Shown: positions 48,898-61,885 of the stretch, piece after piece
How positions within the stretch are numbered: position 1 is the first letter of the stretch
Layout: each line of letters starts with the position of its first letter
Assembly: GCF_027921745.1 (NCBI RefSeq)
Contig: NC_079239.1
Location: forward strand, 434,001-498,000
Length of the DNA: 64,000 nt
Reading direction: 5' to 3'
Source of the DNA: Schizosaccharomyces osmophilus
Taxonomy: Eukaryota
Position numbers and translations under genes: made by a program
Notes under the pieces: generated by a model
What the model saw: only the letters and a program-made list of their open reading frames with translations
Databases searched by the model: none
What the model was told of the DNA's origin: nothing

Positions 48898-49156
48898 TCG
48901 AAACAAATACGAGAATAAACTTTTATTACTTTCAATACGTTGACACTTGAAAAGTGTTGTGAACAGGCAATTGGCAAATTCAATTGAGGTGCTACAAACT
49001 GCTGTATGCTCGGTAGGTTGAGCTAATGTACCTTAAAGATGAAAACAGTTAGGAACCTCTTTCTTCTGCTGAAACTATAAATTTCATGGATATTTTTTGT
49101 TGTTAAAATCAAATTGAATTTGTTATTTTTTCGTCAAATGCTACTAAGAGACCAGT

Positions 49157-50191
49157 ATGACAAGTCGACGATTCAGCCAGATTTCTCAAGAGGATAACAG
49201 TAGCAGTGAAGAAGAAACTCCCGTTATTAAAACTGTTGGAAATGCTGAACTAGCTACTAATTTCACGAGCAAGAAGACTCGGAACGTTGAAGATACACCG
49301 GGTGAAGAGAAGAATACATCAGAACCACAAACCTGGGAAAAGAAGACGCTTTTAGAAAGAAGGAATCAACTGTACACTCAGATATCTTTGTTGGAGCAAG
49401 ACGTTGAACGACTCCATAAGCAAGCTTCAAATCCAGATGCAGAGAAACAAGAGCACCAGATGCTCAAGGAGCTTGTTGGGTTATTCTTCGAGACTCCAAA
49501 GGCTGAAGATAGGCAGCCTACTAAGGATAGCGGCCATTCTATTTATATTCCTTCTGCTGCACCTAATATCAATCGTCCAGTCTGCGTCTCTTTTTCAGGA
49601 CTACGGATTCTCACCTATCAGTCCACGGATGCAAGCGATATTCAGTGCATATATAAATTCGAAGGATTTTCTGAATTTTTTCCATCTCTTAACTTTCAAA
49701 TGAACATAAAAGTTCGTACGGCTGATTATGCTGTCCTTGAAATGTTTATCATGGTAGCATCCTTTGCAAGAAACGAGCTCCAGGACGTAATAGAAAAAAC
49801 AGTAAATGCGAGAGATGTAGTGGCAGCATTAAGAGCAGTTTCGATGTTTGGTTACTATAGTGCAATCCGTTCCAACGATTGGGTGCATTTCATAAACAAA
49901 TTTGATGGTATAGCGAGAGTCGATTTAACATCTACTTCTGAGTTACATATTCAAAATAGACTATACAAAATTTCGTTACAGTATAATATCTGCTTTGACG
50001 AGTTTGGATTTGCCAAGACGGCATATAATATTTTATTTAGACCAAAACAGGTACCCCAAAAGAGCGAAGAGTCTATATCATTACTTACAAAAAATATTAA
50101 ACATCGGTTCCATGAATTGATCAGCCTTTTTGGATTTCGGAAAGGGTCCGAAACCTTACTGGAGGTATTGTTTAAGCCAGCCAACAAATAA
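49157..50191 (+). CDS. fta2: Probable inner-kinetochore subunit Fta2 (CENP-P/Ctf19-like)
   Basis: 344-aa ORF with an N-terminal coiled coil followed by a mixed alpha/beta region. Identity rests mainly on recalled synteny between vps66 and hst4. Confidence 0.65.
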   Translation: MTSRRFSQISQEDNSSSEEETPVIKTVGNAELATNFTSKKTRNVEDTPGEEKNTSEPQTWEKKTLLERRNQLYTQISLLEQDVERLHKQASNPDAEKQEHQMLKELVGLFFETPKAEDRQPTKDSGHSIYIPSAAPNINRPVCVSFSGLRILTYQSTDASDIQCIYKFEGFSEFFPSLNFQMNIKVRTADYAVLEMFIMVASFARNELQDVIEKTVNARDVVAALRAVSMFGYYSAIRSNDWVHFINKFDGIARVDLTSTSELHIQNRLYKISLQYNICFDEFGFAKTAYNILFRPKQVPQKSEESISLLTKNIKHRFHELISLFGFRKGSETLLEVLFKPANK

Positions 50192-50298
50192 AATCAGGGT
50201 ATAATTATAGGGAACGGATTGATCAGATCAGAAAATCACGAATTAGAAAATACAGTGCTCATAGAATACAATGAAGGCCGCATCAAAAAATATGCACT

Positions 50299-51627
50299 CT
50301 AAGAATGCTTCGAAAAGCCGGAGTACTCCACCTCACGTTTCACGTCTGTTTCCGACATCTGGACAGGCTCCATCGCTCTGTTTATTGATTCCAGCGGAGA
50401 CCTTTCCTTTTTCATTTTTTTTGAAGGAGATTGGGTCTTTGTAATCTTGGTGGAAGCAGTGAGTTTTGCTTGTCCTGAAGTCCGTTTCTTGGCAGTTGAA
50501 GATGTGGTTGAATGAACCTTTGGTCTCCACCTGGGAGCTTCTAAAGAGGGTTTCATTGTACGAATAGCGTCCTGGCAGTCTCCTTCAATGATGATATCAC
50601 ACAAGTTGGCAAACTCTTTTGTAGGAGCATCATGATTCAGCCAAATTACGGAGCCTTTTTGACGGTGGACACAGTTGCTCATTTCCTTTATAATTCTTTT
50701 GACACCGGGAATTTTGCAGGAGGTGCCTGCAATGATTAAACAATCAGGCCTCGATTTCAAATCTTGCGAACAGACAGCTCCAATTGCCTCTGAGTCCGGA
50801 TGCCCTTCGTTGTAAAGTACAATTCGTGGACGTAAACATCCTTCCATGACCAGTCGTTTTCCGGCAATGCGGCGGACTTCATTTTGAGTTCTGCATTCAG
50901 GGCAAGCTGTCAGACCATCTTTTTCAAAAAGACCAGGATGGAAGGGCCGAACAAAGGGACATCTCGTGCACCCGGCGACATCTAATGTCCCATGGAGCGG
51001 TATAGACGTAGGCCAAGGTGCTGTGTGAGGTAAAGGGGTGCACGTTTGCAAACCTTCAAGCCGCGTTTCAAGAAAATCTATATTTTGAGTATATAAACGA
51101 AGAAGTTTGGAATCTTTGGCTAATTTTGACAAAAAGTTATGAAAGTCAGTAGGAACAGCATTATCTGAAAGTTCATGAAGCTTTTTGATCATCTCATGAA
51201 ATATATTTACACTTCTCAGATCTCGATATACTGCTCCATCAAACAATTCTTTTCCAGAACAATTTAATTTATATTCTGACCGGAGAGAAGAAAAGAGTCC
51301 GTCAGAGGACCGAAAATCGGGAATACCTGCTCCACATGAAATGCCAGCACCTGTTTAAAGAATTAGAACACACCTGAAAAAGCTATATAATTTGCCTTAT
51401 AAACCTATACTGTAGCAGATGAAAAATAACATACCAGTGACGATGACTATTCGTTTTGCTTTTCTTAAAGCGGCAATTGCAGGATTAAAATTAACTGCAT
51501 CTGAAGAGACTTGAATCTTAATGGGAGCATCAGCAATTTGTTCATGGCTTTTTAGTTCCATGTTGCTGGATCGTAAACTTCTCTTCTTTGACTCATCCTC
51601 AATGGGGAGCAGCTCTTCCGGCTTCAT
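50299..51627 (-). CDS. hst4: Sirtuin (Hst3/Hst4 class, H3K56 deacetylase); intron 51351-51434
   Basis: IVIVT|GAGISCGAGIPDFRS, YTQNIDFLE, PLHG, Zn ribbon CTRC/CPEC, RPRIVLYNE and GTSCKIPG. Confidence 0.94.
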
Positions 51628-53066
51628 ATTTTTAACCAAGAAGAAAAACGATATAATTCGTTTTATTGTAGATTTTATGAAATACTCCGAAGAATCGACA
51701 TTTAGGGAACTTTCCCGATATTTTGAGAATTTTGGGGTATGTGATGGTGATGTGTATTCGACAGAACTAAGAGCCAGGAACTGAGAAATCTCCTCTAGGG
51801 GAAGAGTTCATTAGACAGCAGCTCATAAACATACGTTGTATAAACAAAACAAAGAATGCAACAGCCTTAAGATGGTAAAGCTAGGAAGTTTAAGGATTTA
51901 TTACTGAGGAATATGATGATTTTACTAGAAGAAGAAGAAGAAGAACAGAAGATGCTCATAAATATTTTACTATAACATTTCTGCCAGTATGGAGCGGCCC
52001 CTCTAGGTTAAAAGCAATCAATTGTAGAGCAATTTTGTCCCAGTCTTCTTGCTCTCTAATATCCAGAATCAGTCGGACTAATCGATTTAATTCAATAAGA
52101 AGAGTTAATTTTACTTCATCTGTTATTACCAATATCAACAAGGTGGGAGATATTTGCCAATGTTGCTTCATGCATCAGTGGGAATTTGGGCTACAACTGA
52201 ATTCAAAGGATAAGTGTTGAATAAACTATATTGAGTTTGTTAAGAGTTTGCTATGATTCTTCTTCATCATCTTTTTGCACTTAAAAATTGTTCGTACGCT
52301 TTGTTTACATCTGATTTTGCAAGGTACAGAGTTGAAAATCAGGTTTTGCATATATATTCGTATTTTTTATTTTTGAATTCCTGAGAAACTTGCTATAAGT
52401 GTTAGTACTCTTGATAGAATTAGTGTTCACTTCAAATATCAGATTTACTTTGGGCTCACTCATAAAGTCAGATATTTACAGGAGGAAGAACGTAAATTTG
52501 GTCTTTTTAAATAAATAAGGAAAATACAAATACATGGGCAATGAAAACAAGCCGTTCTTTTGCATAGTAGTAGGAACTTGATAAAAGTGAAACAATCATT
52601 AGCCAAAAAAGAAAAAACTGGCAGTGTTTAACATAAGTGAAAAAACTAATTAAAAAAAATTTAAAATTCTACCAATTCTTCAGTTCATGGGCCTATAAAG
52701 GTAGGTTTAGGTTAAAGGGAAAACCAAAAATAGAAGCTATAAAATAGCCATGTTTCATCTCTAAAAGTGTTTTGAAGTAATTAGAACACCTAAACACGCC
52801 AAAATGACCTGAATTGCTGGTTAAACTTTTTTGCATACTAGTGGGATTCTGCCGACAGCGCAACAAATACAAGCAAACAACATACCACTGCTTGAACTAG
52901 CCTACACCGAGGTTTCCTCTGGTTTTCTTGGTGTATCTCAGTAAAAAGAAAAAGGAAAACCCTTTGAGGTTTATTAAGACATTGAAATCGAAATTTACAA
53001 GAGGAACAGTTAGTCTTCTGGGCGCCCTTAAATCAGTCTTGCCATACGCTGGGTGCAAGGGAAATC

Positions 53067-56000
53067 ATGAGCTCAAATCAGACCAATGGTATTGAGGAGT
53101 CTAATGATATAGTAAAGACGCAAGTCGCAGGTGTAGCGCAACCTCATATGCAACCTTCCATAGAATTGCCTGTTCTGTCTACTGAAGGCCCTAATTATTT
53201 AAGCAATTCATCTTCACACCCTTCTCAGACTTCTTTAACTTCCTATGCTGATACTGAAAATGTTACCAGCACAGCCGACAGCACTGTGGTATCTTCAGCC
53301 TTGTCGACGCCTCACGTCGAAGACTCTGCCAGCTTCGATGAACTTAAGGTTGATGGTACTAGACGTTCAGGACGTGTGAAACGTTCTGTTTATCCAGAGC
53401 AGTCTTTCTTTGATTTTGACGAACAAGAGATTCCTAGCTCTAAAAAGAGGAGAAGCAGGGTGGCACCGGTACAAAGAAAGTCATCTGAAGAAAGTGAAGA
53501 TGAGGCTGATGCTTATGACCGCCAGCATAGAACTAGTTATGTTCCTACTGAAGTTCGAACTTCCGCTCGATCCTCAAAGGGCGGAGTAAACTATAATGAG
53601 CAGAATCTCTACGGGGATTTGGATAACGAAGAAGATGAAGAAATGGAGGAAGAAGTTGAAGAAGAGTACGATCCTGCCATCGATTTTGTTTTGAATCATC
53701 GTAAGCGCGAAGATGCTGAGGACGATGATCCCAAGAAAAGTTATCAATACCTTATAAAATGGCAAGAGTTGTCTCATCTGCACAACACATGGGAAGATTA
53801 TGCCTCGGCTACTTCTGTTCGTGGTTTTAAGAAAGTTGATAACTATATAAAACAAAACATAATCTATGACCGTGAAATTCGGGAAGATCCATCAACTACA
53901 TACGAGGATTTGGAGGCACTTAACATTGATCGGGAGCGAAAGAATATGGTATACGAGGAATACAAAATTGTTGAACGGATTGTAGCCTCTGAACCTAATG
54001 AAGAGGGCAAAACAGAATATTTTGTCAAATGGAGACAGCTGCCTTATGATAATTGTACTTGGGAAGATGGTAATTTAATCTACAGTATGGCTCCCAATGA
54101 AGTGTTTCAATTTCTCCAAAGAGAAAACAGCCCATATTTGCCAAACAAAGGTGTATTTTATAATACAAGGCCTCCTTACCGTAAATTAGAAAAGCAACCC
54201 TCCTATATTAAAGGAGGAGAGATTAGGGATTTCCAATTAACAGGAATTAATTGGATGGCTTATTTATGGCACAAGAATGAAAACGGTATTTTGGCTGATG
54301 AAATGGGTTTGGGTAAAACTGTCCAAGCCGTTTGTTTTCTTTCCTATCTAGTTCATTCCTTAAGGCAACATGGGCCTTTTTTAATCGTTGTTCCACTTTC
54401 CACAGTACCAGCTTGGCAAGAAACCTTAACAAATTGGACTCCAGATTTAAACTGTATTTGCTACACTGGAAATACCGAATCTCGAACAAATATTCGAGAG
54501 CACGAATTTTTCATGTCTTCCAATAATCGAAAGCTCAAGTTTAACGTCCTTTTGACAACTTACGAGTACATTTTAAAAGATAAAAATGAGCTCAATAACT
54601 TTCGATGGCAATATCTTGCAATTGATGAAGCTCATCGTTTAAAAAATAGCGGATCTTCGCTTTACGAAACTCTCTCCCAATTCAAAACTTCCGATAGACT
54701 CTTAATTACTGGCACTCCGTTGCAAAATAATTTAAAGGAGCTGGCATCCTTGGTTAATTTCCTAATGCCTGGTAAATTTTATATCAAAGAAGAACTAAAT
54801 TTCGATCAGCCTAATGAGGACCAGGAACGTGATATTCGCGATCTTCAACAAAGACTGCAACCATTTATTCTCCGACGATTAAAAAAAGATGTGGAAAAGT
54901 CGCTGCCATCAAAATCAGAACGTATCCTGCGGGTCGAATTATCAGACATGCAAACTCAGTGGTACAAAAATATTATTACAAAAAACTATCGTGCTCTTAT
55001 TGGTAGTACTGATGGAAGAAACCAGCTATCTTTATTGAATATTGTCGTTGAGCTCAAGAAAACCTCCAACCATCCCTATCTGTTTCCAGGAACGGAAGAG
55101 AAATGGATGACTGGCAGAAAAATGACAAGAGAAGATACCCTTCGTGGTATAATTATGAATAGTGGAAAAATGGTTTTGTTGGATAAATTATTACAAAGAC
55201 TTAAACGAGATGGTCATCGTGTTTTAATTTTTAGCCAAATGGTTAAAATGTTAAATATCTTAGCAGAGTACATGTCTCTACGAGGTTATAACTATCAACG
55301 TCTTGATGGAACAATTCCTGCATCTGTACGAAGAGTATCGATTGATCATTTCAACGCGCCTGATAGTCCTGATTTTGTTTTTTTATTGAGTACTAGAGCA
55401 GGTGGTCTAGGTATAAATTTAAGTACTGCAGATACGGTTATTATTTTTGATTCTGATTGGAATCCTCAAGCGGATCTTCAAGCAATGGCACGTGCTCATA
55501 GAATTGGGCAAAAAAACCATGTAAATGTTTATCGCTTTTTGTCTAGAGACACAGTTGAAGAAGATATTTTGGAGCGTGCTAGAAGGAAAATGATTTTGGA
55601 ATATGCTATCATTTCTTTAGGTGTCACTGAGAAGCCGAAAACGTCTAAAAATGATAAGTATAGTGCTGAAGAACTTAGTGCTATTTTGAAGTTTGGTGCA
55701 TCGAACATGTTTAAAGCGAATGAAAACCAGAGAAAATTAGAAAACATGAATCTAGACGATATCCTAAGTCATGCTGAAGATCACGATTCGTCCAATGATG
55801 TCGGTGGAGCTAGCATGGGAGGCGAAGAGTTTTTAAAGCAATTTGAAGTTACCGACTATAAAGCTGACGATCTCAAATGGGATGACATTATACCCGAGGA
55901 TGACTTGGAGAGAATTGAAGAAGAAGAACGAGTATTAGCTGCTCAAAGAGCCGAAGAAGAAGAACGCGAACGAAGAGAAGAAGAGATGCGAGAAGCTGAA

Positions 56001-57143
56001 GAAGAGCAAACTTCTCGTGCGTCAAAACGAACTACCAAGTCCATCACGAAGCGTCAACAACGTCGAGAAGAAGCAATACGGGAGAAGGAAGTTCGTCAAC
56101 TCTATCGTGCCATGATCAAATTTGGTTTAGTCGAAGAACGATTTACTGACATCGTGAAAGAGGCAGAATTGGAAGCTACTGATCCCAAACGAATTTTGCA
56201 AGTTTCATCTGACATCGTGAAGTCATGTGAGAAGGCTGTTGAACAAGTTGAAGCGGAGGATATAAAAAACAAACAACCTCGTAAAGCAATTTTGATTGAA
56301 TACCGAGGGGTAAAACACATCAATGCGGAAACGATTACCCAGAGAGTAAAAGACTTGACCTATTTGCATCGAGCGTATAAGGGTTTAGACCCGCTAAAGC
56401 AACGTATTGGCTATCCTATTCGAAGTGTCCATAGCTGGAATTGTACATGGGGTATAAAGGAAGATTCTATGTTGCTTGCTGGTATTGACCGACATGGATT
56501 TGGATCGTGGCAGGCAATTAAAATGGATTCTGATCTAGGACTGCAGAACAAAATATTTTTAGAAGAAGCTAAAAATGAGAAAGATTCTAGAAATGTCCCA
56601 AGCGCGGTACATTTAGTACGCCGAGGAGAGTATTTATTAAGTGTTGTCCGGGAGCATCCTGACCTCTTTAAGACAAAGTCAGATCAAGCGACGAAGCGGA
56701 AATATACTCGTAAAAACAGCGGCACTAAAACTTCTGGACGACAAACTACTTTGGATGATTCCGTTGCATCCAAAAACAAAAATCGTGGAAAGAAGCAGAC
56801 ACAAGATGATGACAATACAGAAGGTGAAGGAGAAGGAGAAGGAGAAGCCTCGCCTGATGGAACAGTCGGGGAAGAGGAAATAGAGGAGGAAGAGGAAAAG
56901 CCAAAGCCTAAAGCTCCCAAGAGAGCATTGCGTTCCAATAGCGGTGCTAAACCACAAAGAACAAGCCGACGGACTACTAGGAATTCTTCAAAAGCACCGT
57001 CAGCGATGGATACCCTTACAGCGGCTGCTGGTTTAGATGCTGAGTTGGATACTCAATCTTCGAAGGAACCAGTAAAAACGGAAACTGAAGACAATTCAAT
57101 TGAAAAAGAAAAAAAAGATTTTTCAGAAGCAGTATCACCCTAA
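53067..57143 (+). CDS. hrp1: CHD1-family chromatin remodeler
   Basis: Two chromodomains, SNF2 ATPase ([26 protein letters not shown]) and SANT/SLIDE-like region; hrp1 versus hrp3 assigned by synteny. Confidence 0.93.
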   Translation: MSSNQTNGIEESNDIVKTQVAGVAQPHMQPSIELPVLSTEGPNYLSNSSSHPSQTSLTSYADTENVTSTADSTVVSSALSTPHVEDSASFDELKVDGTRRSGRVKRSVYPEQSFFDFDEQEIPSSKKRRSRVAPVQRKSSEESEDEADAYDRQHRTSYVPTEVRTSARSSKGGVNYNEQNLYGDLDNEEDEEMEEEVEEEYDPAIDFVLNHRKREDAEDDDPKKSYQYLIKWQELSHLHNTWEDYASATSVRGFKKVDNYIKQNIIYDREIREDPSTTYEDLEALNIDRERKNMVYEEYKIVERIVASEPNEEGKTEYFVKWRQLPYDNCTWEDGNLIYSMAPNEVFQFLQRENSPYLPNKGVFYNTRPPYRKLEKQPSYIKGGEIRDFQLTGINWMAYLWHKNENGILADEMGLGKTVQAVCFLSYLVHSLRQHGPFLIVVPLSTVPAWQETLTNWTPDLNCICYTGNTESRTNIREHEFFMSSNNRKLKFNVLLTTYEYILKDKNELNNFRWQYLAIDEAHRLKNSGSSLYETLSQFKTSDRLLITGTPLQNNLKELASLVNFLMPGKFYIKEELNFDQPNEDQERDIRDLQQRLQPFILRRLKKDVEKSLPSKSERILRVELSDMQTQWYKNIITKNYRALIGSTDGRNQLSLLNIVVELKKTSNHPYLFPGTEEKWMTGRKMTREDTLRGIIMNSGKMVLLDKLLQRLKRDGHRVLIFSQMVKMLNILAEYMSLRGYNYQRLDGTIPASVRRVSIDHFNAPDSPDFVFLLSTRAGGLGINLSTADTVIIFDSDWNPQADLQAMARAHRIGQKNHVNVYRFLSRDTVEEDILERARRKMILEYAIISLGVTEKPKTSKNDKYSAEELSAILKFGASNMFKANENQRKLENMNLDDILSHAEDHDSSNDVGGASMGGEEFLKQFEVTDYKADDLKWDDIIPEDDLERIEEEERVLAAQRAEEEERERREEEMREAEEEQTSRASKRTTKSITKRQQRREEAIREKEVRQLYRAMIKFGLVEERFTDIVKEAELEATDPKRILQVSSDIVKSCEKAVEQVEAEDIKNKQPRKAILIEYRGVKHINAETITQRVKDLTYLHRAYKGLDPLKQRIGYPIRSVHSWNCTWGIKEDSMLLAGIDRHGFGSWQAIKMDSDLGLQNKIFLEEAKNEKDSRNVPSAVHLVRRGEYLLSVVREHPDLFKTKSDQATKRKYTRKNSGTKTSGRQTTLDDSVASKNKNRGKKQTQDDDNTEGEGEGEGEASPDGTVGEEEIEEEEEKPKPKAPKRALRSNSGAKPQRTSRRTTRNSSKAPSAMDTLTAAAGLDAELDTQSSKEPVKTETEDNSIEKEKKDFSEAVSP

Positions 57144-57426
57144 AGACCGAAAGAGAGAAAGATATACGGATTTAAGGATGTTTTTTGGCTAGAATGTGAT
57201 GTTTCTCGACGTAAATATGAAAAGTTTTTCAAATAGATATCTATTTCAGTATAATAAACTACTATTGATAACGTAGGTTTTTTATCTGCATATAAATATC
57301 GTTTCTTTGCGCAAGGAATATTTATTTGATTAAGGTTGTCACATACTGTTCATTTTAATAATGTAAGAATAAGAATACTCATAAGTTGTATCAAAGAAAT
57401 AGGAAAGTAGACGTAGAGCAGTAGGA

Positions 57427-57921
57427 TTATCCAAAAGCGACATTCACACAATAATAAATGAGAAGATATCCGTCAATACTAAAGTTATCATATAAATTGC
57501 CAATAATTTCATCAGGAGCAGGAGCAAAACAGTAGTTCACATAGAGTAACTAGATCCGAAAAGTTAGGCACCGTACTAAATAAAAGGGAACTTACCAAGG
57601 ATGAATCAGGTTGTAAACTGAGCTCCTTTTTTAAGAACCTAATGACTTTGTCAAAGCGATGACTTGCATTAATAGCAAATACGTTTTTACGAAGCAAAGG
57701 AGTTCTTCCAATGGCCTTGAATCGTAAATTCACTGAAGAAACCAGTTAATTCAAGTCTAATTGGAAAGAATTAATTACCAACCTTTTCGATTTTCTTTTT
57801 CGTTATAGCTGCTGATAATTTCATTGACTTTTTCTTGTAGATGATTTGTTTCTTCTCCTGTGTGAAGGGACTCTAACTTTTTACTCAGTCGATCTTCAAC
57901 AGCATTTGAGGAAGAAGCCAT
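57427..57921 (-). CDS. atg12: Ubiquitin-like autophagy modifier Atg12, 3 exons
   Basis: VNLRFKAIGRTPLL, YVNYCFAPAPDE and C-terminal VAFG*; introns 57733-57782 and about 57550-57595. Confidence 0.93.
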
Positions 57922-58490
57922 TGCGTTTATGAATAGTCACGAAAACTTCTAATCATTCTTCTACTTTGTCGTAGTTACGCTGACGGTTTATGTACCTCGC
58001 TGCAGTACTTGTTGAGTTTGCCTCGTACAAAGCATAATGATATGTATATTTCGTACGTTAATAGATAAATAATGTTAAGTCTCTGTAACAGTGCTTTTGT
58101 CCTTCGCCCTTGGTTTGCTTGTGATAAATTACTATTTATATCAGACTCTACTTTTTTCTCTCCGGCTATCTCACTCCGACCCTTATAAAAACATTCATTG
58201 AAGAGTTTGAACTTTTCCTTTCAATCCTAAGAGAAATATTCTAATCAAATCAAAAGCCCCTCTAGCACAATTATTATTAATTAAACAAATCTTAAAAACA
58301 AATCTAATAGAAAATAGACAAGCGTCCATTGTAAGGCTAACATTAATTAGCAAACAGAACAAAAAGGTATGTCAGTTTCTACCGACAAATTTTCTCAAGT
58401 ATAACATAAAGAAACTATATTTTCGTTGACCCCTCGCTTCATAACCTTATTGAAAACGTTGAAACCCTAGCTTCTTCATCAGTAAAGTAT

Positions 58491-60215
58491 TTAAAGCTTC
58501 CCTAATGTCTGATCCACCTCTTGTTGATCAAGCACAACACCTGAAGCTGAGCATTTTGCCTTTTGTTTCAGCTTGCTACATAAATCATCAATGTCGATTT
58601 GCGAAAAGTTCGGATGACTCATTATCTTCGACCAAATTTCGGGACACTTAATATAATTCTCTTCCTTAAATGGAACAACTTCATCTTCTGCATTAACTTC
58701 GCCATCCTGGGCTGTACCGTTACTAGGTTGTTTATCTTGTACCTTGCCTCCATCAGAGGCAGCAGCATGAGAAATATAAGATAAATCAATGTTAGTGTAT
58801 TCAGGAGGCACGCTACGCAAGTCGACAGAAACATCCTTCTTAATATCCCCTTGGTTAGCGAATGCTTTTTGTTCATTAAAAAAGTTCAAGGAATTAAGCG
58901 TGTTATCTCCAACGCCAAAAATTGGAAAGTCATCACCCTGATCCTCATCAACATCCCTAAAATATGTCCGAAACATGCTATCCGTATCGCCCTCGTCATT
59001 AAAATAGTCTTTATCCAGGTTTTCAGTGGGTTCTCTCCAGGTAGAGAACAAGTCTGCCACAGCATCCCCTTCATAATTTTGAGCATTATTAATGTTGCTG
59101 TTTGGCTCAAAAATAGTGTCATAATCAGGTAAATCATTACCAGCCAGTTCCGCCATATTTTTGGATGCTTCAAATTTCGACGTTTCATCAGGATACCAAG
59201 ATTTGGAGAATGGCTTCAAGGCTGGCTTCTTAGAACCTAAAGATTTTGGATCCGTTGAAGTCTCAACGAAATCCAGAGGACCATCTTTTTGACCCACATC
59301 GCCAAGAATATCAACACTGGCACGATGAGGTGTATTATTAGTTAACATGGAACAAGCAATGGAACCACATGCTGAAGACAACTTTTGGCAAAACTGCTTT
59401 CCATCCATAGAAGGGTTATGATGGATGAAAAAATCATCTTGATATGGTGACAGTGAAGCAGAATTCCGTTTACGTTCATGTGGCTGCAACTGCTGTTGAG
59501 GAGAGTCGGAAGAAACCGGAGTTTCAGGAGACAAGGTGCCTCGCATTGAACTATTAGATTCTACCAATCCAGGAACTCCATACTGATTACTTTTCGCTGA
59601 CGTTGAATCCTGATTTGAAGAAGAATTTGAGTTGTTTTGAGTTAGTGGCGTAGTATCATATGCACTACTTTCATATTGGTCTGCAGCAGGAGCATACATG
59701 TTGTTAGGGGCAGAAAGAACAGCAGGGTCTCGATGCTGCATATTCATTTCAAAAGTAAAAGAACCCTTCCTCGTATTAACAAGTTCATCTTCCAATTGCT
59801 TAACTCGCCTCTTCAATTCGTCATTCTCTACGTTTGTCGTTGAGTTGAGCTGCTGAAGGCTAACCACCTGAGTTTCTAAAGTCTTCAAATGGTCTTCCTT
59901 TCTTTTGCGAAAAGCACGTTGTGCAGCCCGATTCTGGGCTTTTCTCTTGGACTGGGGTTCATTCTCACCCAACTTTCGACCATACTTTTTGGGCTTTTCT
60001 TCTGAAATATCGTCTTCTAAATCTGGAAAATATTGGTTTTCATCGGACGATGATCGTTCGACACTCACTTTATCTACAATGGGTCCTCGTTTTTTTGACA
60101 TGTTCATCTCCAAAGACGCATTTTGATTAGAGATAGCGGCAATAGAATCAGGAACATCTTCCTTTGAATACAATGAGGAGTATAAAACAGGCAAGCTTTC
60201 GGTATTAGTAGACAT
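58491..60215 (-). CDS. pap1: AP-1-like bZIP oxidative-stress transcription factor
   Basis: bZIP KRKAQNRAAQRAFRKRK; n-CRD FCQKLSSACGSIAC; c-CRD/NES CPEIW..DIDDLCSKLKQKAKCS. Confidence 0.96.
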   Translation of the reverse strand: MSTNTESLPVLYSSLYSKEDVPDSIAAISNQNASLEMNMSKKRGPIVDKVSVERSSSDENQYFPDLEDDISEEKPKKYGRKLGENEPQSKRKAQNRAAQRAFRKRKEDHLKTLETQVVSLQQLNSTTNVENDELKRRVKQLEDELVNTRKGSFTFEMNMQHRDPAVLSAPNNMYAPAADQYESSAYDTTPLTQNNSNSSSNQDSTSAKSNQYGVPGLVESNSSMRGTLSPETPVSSDSPQQQLQPHERKRNSASLSPYQDDFFIHHNPSMDGKQFCQKLSSACGSIACSMLTNNTPHRASVDILGDVGQKDGPLDFVETSTDPKSLGSKKPALKPFSKSWYPDETSKFEASKNMAELAGNDLPDYDTIFEPNSNINNAQNYEGDAVADLFSTWREPTENLDKDYFNDEGDTDSMFRTYFRDVDEDQGDDFPIFGVGDNTLNSLNFFNEQKAFANQGDIKKDVSVDLRSVPPEYTNIDLSYISHAAASDGGKVQDKQPSNGTAQDGEVNAEDEVVPFKEENYIKCPEIWSKIMSHPNFSQIDIDDLCSKLKQKAKCSASGVVLDQQEVDQTLGKL

Positions 60216-61885
60216 GATGAATGATCGTAAGCAATATTAGATAGGCAATTAGAAAAGAACAATTGATGAGTTTCGAACACGAGCGAATAAGAGAAATAAA
60301 AAAATCTAAAGCGGTATAAGAGAAGAAAGAATACAACAGAAAAATAAAAGTCTAAAGCGATGCAATGAAAATAGAAGAAAATGTTAAATAAATCACAACG
60401 GAAGAAAGAAGTAAATGATACTAAATCAAATTTATCTCCTTTTAGACACAAAAGATATCCGGGAAGTGAACGAACGGGATAAATTAATTTGAAAATTATC
60501 AGATAACGGATCCAAAGAAATATAGCACAACGCGTTCAGTGAGTATTTTCACAAACAAGCAGTAACCTTATAACTTGTAAAAACGCGTGTAACTATATAC
60601 AAGTAAAGCGGGCAGTAAGGATTTTCGTAGTATTGGTAGTAGGTAATAATAATGCACGACTATATGCCGAAACAAATGCAACAGCACTCAAATTTTCTGA
60701 AAAGAGTACAATTCAATCACATTTACACCTCAACAGCACCTACTGATATAAAAGTAGGCTTGGCGGCAAAAACAATCGTAGAACACTGAAGTTTAGGAGA
60801 AGGGTTCCAGAAAATCCTCAAATGTGAAGCAAACCTACTAATTCAACCGCTTTAACCGATTTCTTAGACAAAAAAACACAATATATGTTTCCCTAAAAAT
60901 TGAGCTTGTTTCAATTCAAATATCTCAACTCAGGTGGAATTGCGGTAATTGCGAAAGACAGGTTCGGAGTCCTATAGAAGTCGGCATACGCAACTACAGC
61001 AATGGCGTGACGCCAACCCTTATTATAGAGTTTTCTAGGCTTCGTCTTATTAAGGTACTTTACCGATGCTTAACGTTTTCTTATAAATTTTACTGTGTCT
61101 TTACGAACCTCAAGACATTTGAGGCAATTTGCAATATGAGGGTACTTGTGATTTATTGTAAATTTGTTTGTTTATTTACATATTTTTGTTAAATAAAAAA
61201 AATTTATGAAGCATGCTCTTATTTTTTTTTTCTTTTTTTCTTTTTCTTTTTTTTATAATTGCTCTGTGCGTTCAAAAGGCTTTTTTGCTAGACCAATTTT
61301 TTTAATGGAGTTGGCTTGAAATATTCCAAATGTTTTCACTACAAAAAGACAAAAGGAGAGGCAGACAGAGAGAGAGAATGAGTAAATGTATCATTGAATT
61401 CTATTCTAAAAAACAATAAGCGATTGGAAGAATTGCCAACAGAAACCGAAAAACCAATAAATCCGAATTTACAAGCTGGGATACCAAGTCTTTTAACATG
61501 TGCATTTGCAAATAATAAAATGATATTTCCCACACTAGCATTTCTACAATATACTCGTATTTAATTATTTTCTGGCAAACAAGTTTCTGTCAGCAGCTTC
61601 TCTCAACGAACAACAAAACTTCGATTGTCTTTAAAGACAGCTGAAACTCCATTACCATGTCTCACATCTACTCAGATGAAAATTGCCCAAAAATAATCCC
61701 TGACAACATAAAATATGCTGGGCTTTGGTTTTGCTAGGTCTTTTACAAAATCTACAAGTTGAAGAATAAGCTATACAGCAATCTTGTACTTCTCTACTGT
61801 CTCATAAAACTTTTCCAATTGAACCTGAAACTTTGGATTGTACCATTTCTCTAAGCCAGAAAATACAAAGACAAAATCACCCACC

